From assembly GCF_030684315.1 (NCBI RefSeq), contig NC_081377.1:22630001-22694000 (forward strand): a stretch of 64,000 bases of DNA, in the 5' to 3' direction. Positions within the stretch are counted from its first letter, which is position 1, and each line of letters begins with the position of its first letter. Of this stretch, positions 1 to 12,564 are shown in pieces. A program made the translations under genes and the position numbers. The notes beneath the pieces were generated by a model. It made no database searches and had not been told where the DNA came from. It saw nothing but the letters and a program-made list of their open reading frames with translations. The DNA is from Stegostoma tigrinum (lineage: Eukaryota).

Positions 1-698
1 GAAACTACAGCATTGAAATGAGAAAATTTTCTACTAATCATAATTGAAAATTATGAATCAAGAACTTTTGGAGATGCCCAAAGGAAATAACAGCATATAA
101 AAATTTTTGTTTCATTCAATGATCTAATGTACTTAAAATTCTTGAAAATGAAAATTAAGTAGCTTGTCAGGAGATAAAAAGAAAGATCCAATATAGATGT
201 TTTGCTGTACAGCAAACAAATAAACTGCATAGCTGCAAAGCACACGAACACATCTAGCAGAAAGAATTACTGCACACACTTTTCCCATTTCTCGGATAAT
301 CTTATCTGTTTTAGAATGTTGAATTTTTGCAGTGGAATGGGTTAATACACAAAATAGGATTTACTTCAGCACAAATGTCAACCATTTAAATTAAAGCTTG
401 GGAAAGTTCAAAGTGATATAGCCATGGAATTGATAATATTCAGATGTGGATCTTAATGCATTTTTACAATGTAGAGGGCCAAAATGAATGTTTAGGGCAA
501 ATCTTGAGCATCTAAAGTAACTTTGCTCAAAAATTTCTCAAAAAGCACAAGTCTTGATAACACAGCTATGAAATTACTAAAAATAAGATGGTAAATGTGG
601 GGAATTGGACTGTTGCATAAGTGCAAGAGGAGATGTTTCTCATATAGCAGCTTTACTCTTGACTCATACAGGAAAATCTCTCTATAAAGTGCTCTTAC

Positions 699-807
699 TT
701 GATCAATGACATGGCATTTCCTTGGAAAGCTGGTCGTGGACGTTTCATGAAAAAGTCGTGAATGGTTTTCGGCTGTGGCAGATGATATGGTAGCGACAAA
801 CTTGCCT
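699..807 (-). CDS. CLSPN: Claspin coding exon 7 (gene continues beyond window start)
   Basis: cccag| acceptor, 109 nt, EASLSLPYHLPQPKTIHDFFMKRPRPAFQGNAMSLIK (LPYH..KTIHDFF, PIP-like motif), AA|GTAAGA donor. Confidence 0.95.
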
Positions 808-1846
808 CTGGGAAAAGAAATTGACAATATTACTAACAAGGCACAAAGCTTTCAAAAACTGACATATCACATCAAAATCTTAGCTTCTTCTGCATATCAA
901 TGTTCCGCTTGTTCTTCATTTGACATCTAAATTGAAGGTTCCATGACTCATTAAAAAAAACCACTGGTCCCAACTAAGTTTCATTATTTCATCAACTATC
1001 TCCCACCACAATAGTTGAACACCAGCAAGACGACAAAAGGAAAAATTATGGCGGTCTCATACATCAATGAAGAACACAAACATTCTTTCCAACTGCTTAA
1101 AAAGAAATACACATGTTAGACCTTGTAAATGATTACACAGCATGTATGTTACAATGAAAATATCAGAAACAGTATAGTTGCCATTTCAACTAAACCACGG
1201 CGATAACTCTCAGGGAACAATCCTAAACTATCTGGTTTTTGCTCCTTCTTTAATGGCTTGCTTATTGGTTATGGGTCATCTATTTATTATTTCCAAAGCA
1301 CAATACTCAATTTCCCTGCTTTATAAACTCGTTTAACACCTCCCCCGCCAAAATGCTACAAACCTGCCTACGTCTTGAAATTCTCAAAACTCTTCAATCA
1401 ACAACACTCCTTTTTTTGGTTGCCTATGAATTTTGATATGGTATCCCCTTACTGGAGCACAAAACAAGGGAAAAAACAAATTCTAAATTCTGATCATGAT
1501 AATATCACATTTTTAAAAAAAAGGTGTCTTCATTTTTGAGAACATCCATTAATCATTTGTATTTAATATCTCTTAATCATTTTGAATTCAAACTACATCC
1601 AGTTTAACACTGTTCCCTTAAACTTGCAGTGCTTGTCAATCCATGCCTTCTGTAACATTTAAAAGCTAAATCAATTGTATTCTGGTACGAATACAATAGA
1701 CTCTTCAAATCAATTAGTAAAGCTACAGCCATACTACTTAATGGGTTTGGGCATTTCTACGTATATTAAGCAGACACGCAGTCACAAAAACGAAAGCAAC
1801 ACGAGGAATCATACATACAAGCAAGGTCATTGCCTCTAAACCTCAC

Positions 1847-1928
1847 CTCGCATCAATCGTTGAGTTTCACTATGGATCTGACGTATTGCCTCCTTACTCT
1901 GTTTAGCTGCCTTCCTCTCTATACGCAC
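1847..1928 (-). CDS. CLSPN: Claspin coding exon 6
   Basis: VRIERKAAKQSKEAIRQIHSETQRLMR matches claspin ERKAA...HSETQRL; aag| acceptor, G|GTGAGG donor (phase 1). Confidence 0.93.
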
Positions 1929-2174
1929 CTTTAAGGACAGAAAGTGATAAAATCGCTCAGGTAAAGTGGCACATAATCCAAGACAATAAACAAAATGAAA
2001 TATATTCAGAATGAACAATTTCTAAAAAAAATTTTGCATCCTGACTTGTCAGAAGGAGCTTGCATTGGACGTAGCATACTTCTAGTGATGTTTAATCTCA
2101 TTTTCAATAACTGGTTTTATCAATTTTCAACCGACAGTTAACTTAATTTGAGTCAAATAGCATTAAGGCATTTA

Positions 2175-2480
2175 GGGCAGCATGATGGCTCAGGGGTTAA
2201 CACTGCTGCCTCACTGTACCAGGGACTTGAGATTCAATTCCACCATTGGGCAACTGCCCTGTGTGGAGTTTACACATTCTCCCTGTGTGTGCGGGGGTTT
2301 TCTCCAGGCACTCCAGTTTCATCCCACAGTCCAAGCATATGCAGGCTACATGGATTAGCCATGGGAATTGCAGCATTATAGGAGCGGGGCAGCAAGTTTG
2401 AGTGGGATGCTCTTTCAAAGGTCAGTGTGGAGTGATAGGCTGTATGGCCTGCTTCCATACTGTAGGTATTCCATGATTCA
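2175..2480 (+). mobile_element. tRNA-derived V-SINE (HE1-like)
   Basis: A-box-like TGGCTCAGGGGTTAA, B-box-like ATTCAATTCC, V-domain TGTGTGGAGTTT..CATTCTCCCTGTGTGTGCG, CR1-like tail; second copy at 45875. Confidence 0.8.
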
Positions 2481-3856
2481 AAAGAAAAAATCATCTTGAA
2501 AATATAAAACATGTTTAACTCTGTTTGACAGCAACATATAATACTGACCTTTGATCAAAGTTAAGCATTACCTTTGCATCAAATCTCAAAAATGAGACTC
2601 TAGGATTGGTTTAGTAGTAACAGCATCTTAACTCTAGTCAAGCTTCACCAGATCACTGACAAATGAAGTAATGTCAAAATCATCATTACATGTTGAGCAA
2701 TATCCTTGTACATTTTATAAAGGAGCATGTTATTTTCTCAGTATAGGTGTTCACGACAGATGGTGACATGATTACACTGCTCCAGTTGGGTCATGCCTGA
2801 CAATGTAATTTCAGCCTAACTTCACAAGTCACATTCATAAGGAATTAGTATGACGGATATGACATCTCAAATTGTAAGTATACTTCAAATCTATATTCAC
2901 ATGTAACTGGGGATTGCAGCTCCACATTACTGTAGGCTTAGAATTTGGATTGTGCATGCATCCATTTAAAAATAAACAGCGTTTTTTGCTAAGAAACAGA
3001 TAATTTGACCAACTGGTGCAAGTGAACATTTACTACCCACATATATCTCTTAAGAGCACCAGAAACAGGGGTAGACTGCATAGACCGTCATGCCTGTAAC
3101 CTTTAAATTTCTGCATCCACCCTATTAAGCTCATTTAGAATCCTGACTGTTTGAAATGTGATTAGCAATCTGACATTTGATGGCAAACAGATTCAAAACA
3201 ATTTATCAAATTAATCACAAATGCAATGTTCATGTAAAAACAGGAAGTTTCTCCCAGCAGAACAAACTAATAAATCAATTTCAAATGCCTGAATCGAGTA
3301 AATAGCACGAGATGTTGAACTGCAGTTTAACTATGTATTGTACTCATTAATAGTTCACTAAATAACTTTTGTTTATCTATTTTAAGTTGTCAAATATCAA
3401 GTGCTTCAAGCTGTGGGCCATGAGGGGCCACAGGCTTTTATTTTTGTCAAAGAGACCAGTGGCTATATAGCTTGTGGGGCACCATGTTGCATTAAGCATG
3501 GAGCAAGGTAACAAGGCAGTCATCCATGAACCATAAAAGGTGATTATGATCTGCAATTTTTTTTAATGATTCTGCCCTTAAGATTGTTCTGGTTGAAGGT
3601 TATTTGTAGTAGATAATGTACACCTGGTAAAAGTTACTTTTGTTTCTAAAATAAAATTCAGCTTTGTAAGAGAACATATAAGCTTGTAAAAACTTGCCAA
3701 GGACAGACAAACAGGAGAAGGAATTGAGAATATTTAGTCACTGGTAGAATTATGAAGGTTTTGTTTTCATAGAAAATAACACACTGGATATAATACTTCA
3801 TTTTGAACAGTGATGTGGCAAAGGATTGACATTAAGCTATTTTAGCCAAATATCAC

Positions 3857-3934
3857 CTTTTTCTCCTCTACTTGCAAAGCTTCTGCGCAATCATAATCCT
3901 GGAGATTTTCACCAGCTGGCACCAGGTCCATTCT
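3857..3934 (-). CDS. CLSPN: Claspin coding exon 5
   Basis: ttttag| acceptor, 78 nt open frame RMDLVPAGENLQDYDCAEALQVEEKK, AAG|GTGATA donor, phase 0/0 fitting both neighbours. Peptide poorly conserved. Confidence 0.7.
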
Positions 3935-4074
3935 CTAAAATCAGAAGAGCAACTAAGAAATTATTACAGAAACTGTACAAATAAACAAAATACAGTAACA
4001 TGATTCATAGAATACAGGAGTATTCACAAAAAAATGAAATAAAAGTCAACTTAGTCAGTCAATCTTTTCTTTCT

Positions 4075-5275
4075 TCATTCACTACATGTGGCCATTCCAC
4101 AGCTGGCCAACATTTATTTCTTGTCCCTCATTGATCCTTGAAAAGGTGGTGGTGAGCTGTCTTTTTGAACCACTGCAATCCAGGTGCTGCAGCTTGACCC
4201 ACAATGTCCTTAGGGAGGGAATTTCAGGATTCTAACCCAGTGACAGTGAAGGAAAAGCAATACATTTCCATATCAGGATGGTGGGTGGCTTGGAGGGGAA
4301 CTTGCAGGTGGTGGCGTTCCTCTGTACCTGCTGTCCTTGTCTGCCTGGATTGAAGTGGTCATGGGTTAGGAACATGCTGTTAAAGGATCTTTGGTAAATT
4401 TCTGCAGTGCATTGTATAAATGGTACCCTGCTGCTGCTGGGCCTTCGTAGTGGAGAGTGTGGATGTTTGTGGATACTGTGCCAATCAAATGGGCTGCTTT
4501 GACCTGGATGGTGGGAAGCTTCTTTGCAATTGTTGGAGCTGCATTGATCTAACCAAGAGGAAAATATTGCATCACATTCCTGATTTGTGCGTTGTAGACT
4601 ATGGACAGACTTTATGAAGTCAGGAGGAGAGTTACTCACCACAGTATTCCTAGCCTCTGACCTGCTCTTGTAGCTACTGGTTATGTGGCAAGTCCAGTTG
4701 AATTTTCTGGTCAATTTTAACCTCAGGATGTTGATAGTAAGGGATTCAGTGATGGTAACACCATTGAACATCAAGGGGCAGTAATTAGATTGTCTTTTAA
4801 TGGAAATGGTCATTGCCTGGCATTTGTGTGGCGCAAATGTTACTCAACACTTGTCAGTCCAAACCTGGATACTGTCTAGATCTTCTTGCATTTGAAGATG
4901 GACTGATTCAGTATCTGAGGAGTAACGAACAGTGCTGAACATTGCACAATCATCGGCAAACAACCCCACTTCTAACCTCACGATGAGGGGGAAGGTCATT
5001 GATGAAGCAGCTGAAGATGGTTGGGCCTAGATTACTACCCCGAGGAACTAACCTGAAGCTGAGAAGACTGATCTCCAACAACCACAACCATCTTCCTGTG
5101 TGCCAGGAATGACTCCAACCAGTGGAGAATTTTCCCAAATGCCATTGATTCCAGTCTGGCTAGGGTTCCTTTTGCCATAATTGGTCAAACACACAATCTT
5201 GATTTCAAGGGCTGTCACTTGCAGTTGTTCTCTGGGATTCCGCTCCTTTGTCCATGTTTGGACCAAGGCTGTAAC
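4075..5275 (-). mobile_element. CR1/L2-clade LINE 3' fragment (degenerate RT)
   Basis: VPRGSNLGPTIFSCFINDLP RT motif (ORF 4950-5138), frameshifts and stops, 3' tail near 4080. Confidence 0.85.
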
Positions 5276-5374
5276 TCACAATTATACATGCATACCGGTC
5301 CTTGGAACATATTGCGTGGGTAATGACGAAATCAACAGAAGTAAAGCTTCAGTCTAGGTTCCAACATTTGATCT

Positions 5375-5398
5375 ACACACACACACACACACACACAC
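5375..5398. repeat. (AC)12 microsatellite
   Basis: Directly visible. Confidence 0.95.
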
Positions 5399-5411
5399 TT
5401 TTGGAGCAGAT

Positions 5412-5562
5412 ATGTAGCTCGGGTTGTGGATGTTGTGGTCGGTTGGCTCACCAAGCCGGTTCATTGTGCTGCAGACGTTTCATTACCCTGCTGATTTTAC
5501 CCAGCAGGGTAATGAAACGTATGCAGAACAACAAACCAATTCGGCAAGTCAACCAACCACAA
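5412..5562. mobile_element. Fold-back element, probably a second Penelope-like family terminus
   Basis: About 60-bp imperfect inverted arms 5433-5493 and 5502-5562 with near-perfect core TGCAGACGTTTCATTACCCTGCTG / CAGCAGGGTAATGAAACGTATGCA. Confidence 0.6.
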
Positions 5563-6515
5563 AAAAAAGTGTGATTTTTTAACATGAAATTTTCAGTTCA
5601 GATAGCGGTGTTGTTTAAATGACAAAAATAGTTGTCTATATAAGGACAGTTTGACAGTAATAATTTATATTTGGAGGCAGTCATTAACAAAATAAAATTT
5701 CCCAAGACACGTGACAGAACTATTGCAAAATAAATTATGACAATGAGCCACCAAAAAACTATTAATTCATGTAAAGATACAGGACATGACTGAAGGCTTG
5801 GACAACGTGGTAAATGCCTTGTAGTGTAATAAGGAGAAAAAGGACGTAGCAAGGCTGAGGGGGAATTCCAGAGGCTTGGATCAAGTCAATTGAGCTCATC
5901 AATTATGAAGCAATGAAAAGTGAGGCTCCACTTGAAATCAAGTTCAGAATAGGGCACTGATCTCAGTACTGTCGGGTCGAAGGAGATTACAAAGATAGCT
6001 TCATACCTATGAAGCGAATTTGAAACTCACGGATAAAAATTTTAATAATCAAGATATTGTTTCACTGACAGCCAGTCAAGACAGTGAGCATAGGGGTTTT
6101 CAGGCAATCTACGATGCAAATTGTACTGATATTAATGATGGAATGTTTGAATTTGACCAGTTGCAACTGTCACGGATTTGTTGACATTTTGTCATTGTAC
6201 TAATTGCAACTTAAAACTGATGCTCAACATACAAACGTACATTCACAAAACCCCATTTCTGCCCAATGGTTAAATCTCTATTTGTGGAAATTTACAACCA
6301 TCGTCCAGATTCTCATGGAGTTCCCCAGTCTGGTCTCCTCTCTCCCATTTTCACACAAGCCACTAGCTCTAAATTATTTATCAAGGGCAAGGGACTCTGT
6401 TTGCATCTGTTGTATTGTACCGAAAAACATTTGATCACTTTGTGAAACAAAACTTGCAAATGTAGTTCACTTTGTGGAACAAAACCCAATTTCACAAGTT
6501 TCAAATCGGACTCAC

Positions 6516-6680
6516 TTTGGATTGTTTTGCTTTCTTCTTTACAGCTGCTCGTATGGCATCCAATGACAACTCTTCCTCTGCATCAAGTTCATTCACATCA
6601 TCCACTTCTGTTTCAAACAAGTCACTGTTGTTTAGCAGGCAGCCACTGTCATCTGCTGTCTCGTATTCTGCAGACTCTTC
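6516..6680 (-). CDS. CLSPN: Claspin coding exon 4
   Basis: 165 nt, EESAEYETADDSGCLLNNSDLFETE...SLDAIRAAVKKKAKQSK (claspin DSGCLL..DLFE and IRAAVK motifs); cag| acceptor, |GTGAGT donor. Not in the ORF track. Confidence 0.93.
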
Positions 6681-6851
6681 CTGAACAGAGATTAAAGAAA
6701 TGCATTAAAAAATTGAAGTGATTAATGTATTTACTATTTAATACCATCTTCAAAACACAGTTGCAAGTAAGATTGAAAGATCTCAAAAGGTCGAATGGTT
6801 TAACAGTTCAAGCTTAACCTCAGAAGGCACCCTGTTAACTATTTTCCACAC

Positions 6852-7333
6852 CATTTTTTCTTGTTTCTTCTTCTTTCTCTGCAGTTTCTCAACTGCTTCC
6901 AGCTTTTTCAGTGCTTTCTCTCGCTGTCTCTGGGACTTGTCCTTTCGATTTACTCGTTCTTGGTGATGTTTTGAATGTTCAGATATTTCTAAGCTAACTG
7001 AAGAGCTATCTGAATCAGAATTTTCATGTCTGAGTTCTGTTGTGGGCTGTTCCTCATTTTCTCTACCAACACAACTGGATTTTATTATTCTCACTTGACC
7101 TTCACCGTTAATAATATCCAAGTCACTTTCATCACTATCCAACAATACTCTCCGAATACGTCGCAGCCTCTTGCTTTTATCTCCCGCATTGAAATTTCGC
7201 TCTTCATTTTCATTGTCAACATCTGGTTCTGAATTGCTGTTTCTGTGTAGATTGCTTGCCTCCCCATCACTATCACTCTCTTGCAAAGGTTTCCTTCTAA
7301 TTTTCTTGCTGGTAAAAATTTCTTCTTCTGAAT
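6852..7333 (-). CDS. CLSPN: Claspin coding exon 3
   Basis: Polypyrimidine tract + cag| acceptor. DSEEEIFTSKKIRRKPLQESDSD...RRIRRVLLDSDESD...KKKQEKM is claspin-like. Donor ATG|GTGTGG, phase 0. Confidence 0.9.
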
Positions 7334-7519
7334 CTGAAGAAAGACAAAAAAAGAGCAAATTCACATTTTTCCCCCACTTTACACTACATATCAACTTTTT
7401 GGCCCACTTTACACATTATTTGTTAAACAGTTTGGATTCATCTCACATCCCGCCTTTCATGCTATTTCGCAGTCATCTGCAAACTTGGCAACAGTATGAG
7501 CACTTCCTTCCGTAAACTC

Positions 7520-8150
7520 ATTAATGTATACTGTAAAGCAGCTGTGGACATGACTTCCCTTCCATAAAACCATGACCACTCTTGATTCGATTATGAAGTT
7601 TTCCAAATTTGCTGCAATTACTCCTTAATAATTGATTTCAACAATTTTCCAACAATAGATGTTAGACTAATTTGTTTTTAGTTATGTGCTTTTTGCCTCC
7701 CCACTTATTGAATAGGAGTGTCATATTGGCTGTTTTCTAACCCTCCAGTCCTTACCCAGAATCCAAGGAATTTTAGAAAATTAGAACCAAAGCATCCACT
7801 ATCTATGCAAACTCTTAGGATCTTTGGATGCACGGCAACAGGGCCAGGGGACTTGTGCCTTCAGCCCTATTAGCTTGTCGAATACTACGTTGCTGGTGAT
7901 GGTATTTAATTCTTCACCCGAATTCATGGGATGTTTGAAGTATCTTTTATAAAGACTGAGGCAAATTATTTGTTTAACTCTACAGCTATTTGCTTATTCT
8001 GCACAACTATTCCCCCAAATTCATTTCCTAAGGGGCCAAGAATCACTGACGTCTCCTTTTTATATACAAAAGAAACTCTTATTGTCAGTTTTTATGTTCC
8101 TTGCTACCTTACCCTGAAAGTTGATTTTCTCTCAATTTATTCTGTCTAGT
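7520..8150 (-). mobile_element. Old CR1 LINE fragment
   Basis: Reverse strand encodes ANMTLLFNK..GKKHIT / SLTSIVGKLLKS-like CR1 RT region. Confidence 0.6.
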
Positions 8151-8365
8151 TTTGATGGATCCCAAATTTATCCTAGTCTAATTTTAACGTAAAAGCAGAT
8201 AACTTAGATCACTGAAGCATTAACATCTGAAATATTCACATTTGTCACACTTAGAGAAAATGTGTAACAAAGTACTCCACAGAACAAACAATGGATTTGA
8301 TGATAGAGAATTAATAACTAATAACTTTGCAAGCTGAAACAAATTACACATGATAGAACACAAAC

Positions 8366-8474
8366 CTCCACCATCATGGCACATGTCTTTGTTTGAACGT
8401 GGGGAGACCATTCCATAACTTCCCTTGCCACTGTCGTTATCACTGTCATTTGTTTTTTCTTCACCAAATGTTAA
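8366..8474 (-). CDS. CLSPN: Claspin coding exon 2 with DSGKGS phosphodegron
   Basis: tttccag| acceptor, 109 nt, LTFGEEKTNDSDNDSGKGSYGMVSP..., G|GTTTGT donor (phase 1). DSGxxS matches the claspin N-terminal beta-TrCP degron. Confidence 0.9.
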
Positions 8475-9242
8475 CTGGAAATAAAGTACAAAATCAGAGC
8501 CTACTTTGGTCACAGCTCATTCGGTGAAAAATTAGAATACGACAGAAATGGATTACAAAGTGAGCACACAAAGAGAGAAAGTTAGACACAGAACGTGTAA
8601 CAACCGTTGCATTCTTCTTTGAACACAATTTCAAGCAAAAAGACTTCCTCCACCTGAAGATGATCATAAACATTTGAAAAATACAAGGGAGTCTTCAAAC
8701 AGATTAATCAAATAAATCTCACAGGACTTACATGTCAGAAACAACTTTCTTGGCGATACCAGTTCATGTCAAAGTTTACGCTCTACTTGAGCATCCTCCC
8801 ACCCAACTTGATTTATTATTGCTAGCATAGCCTTTGATTTCTTTCTCCCTCATGTGGTTTTTCTTAGCATTCCCTTAAAATGCATATTTATTTGTTTTGA
8901 CTGCTCAACGATGTAGCAAGTTTCACATTCCAAACACACTTTAGGTTAAGAAGTTTGCCGTAAATTTAAGAGATGATCAAGCACTTTGACCCTTTTGAAT
9001 ATCCAAAAACTGGAAAAACATATGCTGCACCCATCTTATCAAACCCCTTTATCATTTTACAGTACTTCATCACTCAGTCTTTCCTCAAAAAGTTCCAGAT
9101 AATTGAGCCTTTGCTAGTTATAAACTCAACACCAGCATTATTGACATACATCTTTGCTACACCATCACCAATGCTCTGGTGTCCTTTTAACAAACTCATT
9201 CAAATACCTTGCTGAATATACAGGTGAAAAAAGTGTTTGAAG

Positions 9243-9590
9243 TGGGAGATAGTGGCAATGTCACTGAACCAGAATCCAGAAGCCTGGCTACTGAGTTAAA
9301 ACCACACCAGGATAGGTTAGGAATTTAAATTCAACAAATGAAATCTAGAACTAAAGCTCCTCTCATGAACCTGTGGTTGTTTTCTGTAAAACCCCTCAGT
9401 TTACTAATATCCTTTTGGGCATTTTCTTGAGGAAGGAAATTTTTCACCCATATCTGGTACTGGCCGTGACAAAAATCCAGAGTGTCTTGGTAGATTCTAA
9501 ATTCCCTTCTGAGATGGCCAAGCAAGCCAGGTGGTGGAACTAGGCAGGCAACAAACATTGGCCTTGACAATGAAACCCATGAAAGAATTA
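9243..9590 (+). mobile_element. Older copy of the same SINE family
   Basis: AGTGGCAATGTCACTG...GAATTTAAATTCAA...TTTACTAATATCCTT...AAACATTGGCCTTG collinear with 62876-63222. Confidence 0.65.
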
Positions 9591-11814
9591 GGTATCAAGG
9601 TAAAACCTGGGTAAATCATACACTCTCTACTTTGATACTACATGAAATCAAAAGAATTAAAGACATGCAAGTATCTCTGAAAGTGAGCACAAACGTTTTC
9701 ACTGCTTTCAACAACCTTCGCAGAAATTCTGATGTACTCGATATTAATTGGACACATTGAATTCACTGAGTTAGAAAGCACAGTCTGCTGACCTCTATGG
9801 CAGAATATTTCAGTGAAGCATTTCGTAATAATTTGATATCTATTGCTTACTTTTCTAAATCGCTCTTCTGGCTTTAGTTCATTTTACAAGCCAAATACTC
9901 GGAAATGCTATGTTAGAACTAAGTTGATTAATATTTTATTTGTATTCAATTACATCTTCATAGCATTTTACAGCAAAAGGGATTCCATTGCCAAACTAAG
10001 ATTTGTGATGGTTTGTGCTTCTTATTTGTGGCAGCCATGACATGAATGAACTTGCTGATACATTTACAATTTGGTCATTTCGAACTGCTTATGTTGCAAT
10101 AACGAACAGTTAAAGTTGATTTTGCACCAACATGCACAGATATAAACTTCATTTTCTACATTTCAGCAAGTAAATGATTCAGAATATGTACAGAACCAAA
10201 TAACCTCAAGTTCATGAAATGTCTTTCGTTCTCTAGGTGCACCCATCACCGTCTAGCAAAGAGACAAATGAGGAAGCAGCTACAACACAGGATGGATTTC
10301 TAGAACATGGAACAAGTACCTCAAAAACTGAATAGCTGCTGAAATGTTAGTATCATACTGGATGTCAAGACACTGCTTTACCATTCAGTCCAATATTTCT
10401 CAGCTAACAAACAGCAAAGCACTTTAATGCTAGCATTGCTGATTTGAATTCAATGATTAATTGCTGTAAACACACTAGTGTGATAAAACTGATATTGATG
10501 ATGCATCTGATACTTGTGTGGGAACTTACAATGCAAATACAATGCTATGTGTGTGTTTCCAAAGTTAAACAAAGCTTTTCATCCTGTTCGCAAAGAACTA
10601 CATTGGGATTGCAAACAGAATTGCAGATGTTGTTTATACATTGGTTTCACTAAATACTTGATCCAAAATCCCTAAAGGCCACCAAAAATTCCAGCTCAAA
10701 ATATTAAGTTAAACTAGACCCCAAATAAGTTTGCCTATCCTCTTACTCAATATTCACGTTACATTGGATCATTGCACGATTTAGCCTAAAAGCTAGCATA
10801 TCATATTCCAGATTCCAATCTAGTGGACCGAAGCTGGAACCCTGAAGATCTGACTCTGAAGATCAAAGCCAAATTATATCAAGTGCTTGGGTTGCGTTTA
10901 TTAGCCCAATGACAAGGAATGACCTGGTTTGATAATTAGCCACACACAGAACTACCAAACAGTTTGGATCATTTCACCTCTCACTGTTCTAAACGGAATA
11001 CACTACGTGCTCATTTAACGAGAAAAATAATGTATGGAACTGCGTGACTGCCCAAAAAGTTAAAAACAAGTAAGCTTAATCCCTTCACAGCCACTACTAT
11101 ATTTCACCTTACTAAGCTTTTCCTTACGTCGCCTCACGACTGCAAAGCAGTCATAAAGGTATATGGCAGTCTTCCACAAGTTGCGAAAAGATGTACAAAA
11201 CAATGAAACTTAAAACTGCAAATTCATAAAAGTTAATTGCTTAAAAGTTGTGCAACAGAAGAACTAGGTAAAAAAAGTGAGCAGCATAAGTAGCGCCTAC
11301 AATTTTGGGCGGTGATTAAACAGGGGAGGGAAAATTTAAGGTAGAAAGTGAATGCATGCTGCACCCAAATTATCAATAGGAAACCGCCAACTACCAACTC
11401 CCATTGTAAGGATCGTCTTAGCGAACCTAAAACAACACCCGCCAAAAAATATAAATTCACAATCTACAACAGACAGCTGGAAAATAAGACAAATCTGCAA
11501 TGATCGAGTACGAAAGACAGGCCGTCATTAAAATATGAAAGGCTTTTAATTATAGAAACTGACATATTTAAACCCAGAGAGATTAAAAAGAACAATCAGC
11601 TGACAAGTCTGAAAGTGCCAACAGTCACAACGCTGTTGTTTTATTTCAGAAGGCACAGGATGATTCGCCAGACAAAAATACCGAGAAGAGTGGACTGCGG
11701 GTACAATCCCCAGTAGGTCTCAGGAGCGGAGACCGACAGCAGAGGGGCCTCCCTTCCAGCCAGCGCGCCAAGCCGGGGCCGGCCCAGCAGACCCTCCCTC
11801 CATTTTGCTCCTAC

Positions 11815-11847
11815 CTCCGTGCACGGCTGTAGTTCGGATACTGACAT
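11815..11847 (-). CDS. CLSPN: Claspin coding exon 1 (MSVSELQPCTE)
   Basis: ATG at 11847 in a CpG-rich island, 33 nt, ending GAG|GTAGGA donor in phase 0, which matches the next exon. The peptide is too short to recognise by itself. Confidence 0.75.
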
Positions 11848-11849
11848 CG

Positions 11850-12320
11850 CGGAGTAATTAACGGAAAACAAAACACTCGAGGAAGAAAAGGCGTCAGGTC
11901 GAAAAGGGCCGTGTGACTTCAGCAGCTCCGAGCGTTCCAATTAAAATAACTTCATCACGACCTTTAAAACCAAACGGCTCCAGCCCGGGAAAGCTCTGCC
12001 TCCGACTAACAAACTCTCACGGTTTCGGCCTTCGCGCCCAGCCGCTCAGCGCATGCTCCATCAGCAGAGTGCCATCCCTCCACTCCCGATTGGTGACGGG
12101 CCCCGCACAATACTCCGCCCTCTCGCTCTGTATTGTTTCCGACTCTGGAGGCGAGCCGGCCCCTTCAGTGTCGAGGCGTATCGAAACCCCGCCCGCTCTT
12201 GTGATGTCACCAGACCCCGCCCGTTCCCACAAATGATTGACATGTCCAGGATGGAACCTGGCGCCCGTCATTGGTGCGTCTTTCTCCTCTTGTGCTGCAG
12301 CGGTAAATTTGAAATAGATT
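11850..12320 (-). promoter_or_regulatory. CLSPN CpG-island promoter / 5' UTR
   Basis: CpG-rich. CCAAT boxes at 11937, 12089 and 12270; CCCCGCCC GC boxes near 12187 and 12215; E2F-like TTCGCGCC at 12031; CHR-like TTTGAA near 12308. Confidence 0.7.
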
Positions 12321-12564
12321 TGTTGATCGACTTGCAGGTAATTCTATTCCCACAAAACCGAAATAGCTTTGCTGTTGTAATGCTGTGACGGTGTCTACAC
12401 CTCTAAGCCAAGAGGCCTAGGTTTAAATCCCACTTCATCCAGAGTTGAGCCAAGATATAGAGATTCTCGAACTCGCAACCATAATGTCAAAATTTGGGCT
12501 GGACCGTTCAAGAGACATGCAGCAAGCACCTACACAGCAGTTCAGAATTCTCTTCCACAAAGAC

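Noticed and set aside
11641-12388. Overlapping ORFs at the CLSPN 5' end
   Set aside because: By-product of high GC in the promoter island; only the 33-nt exon has splice support.
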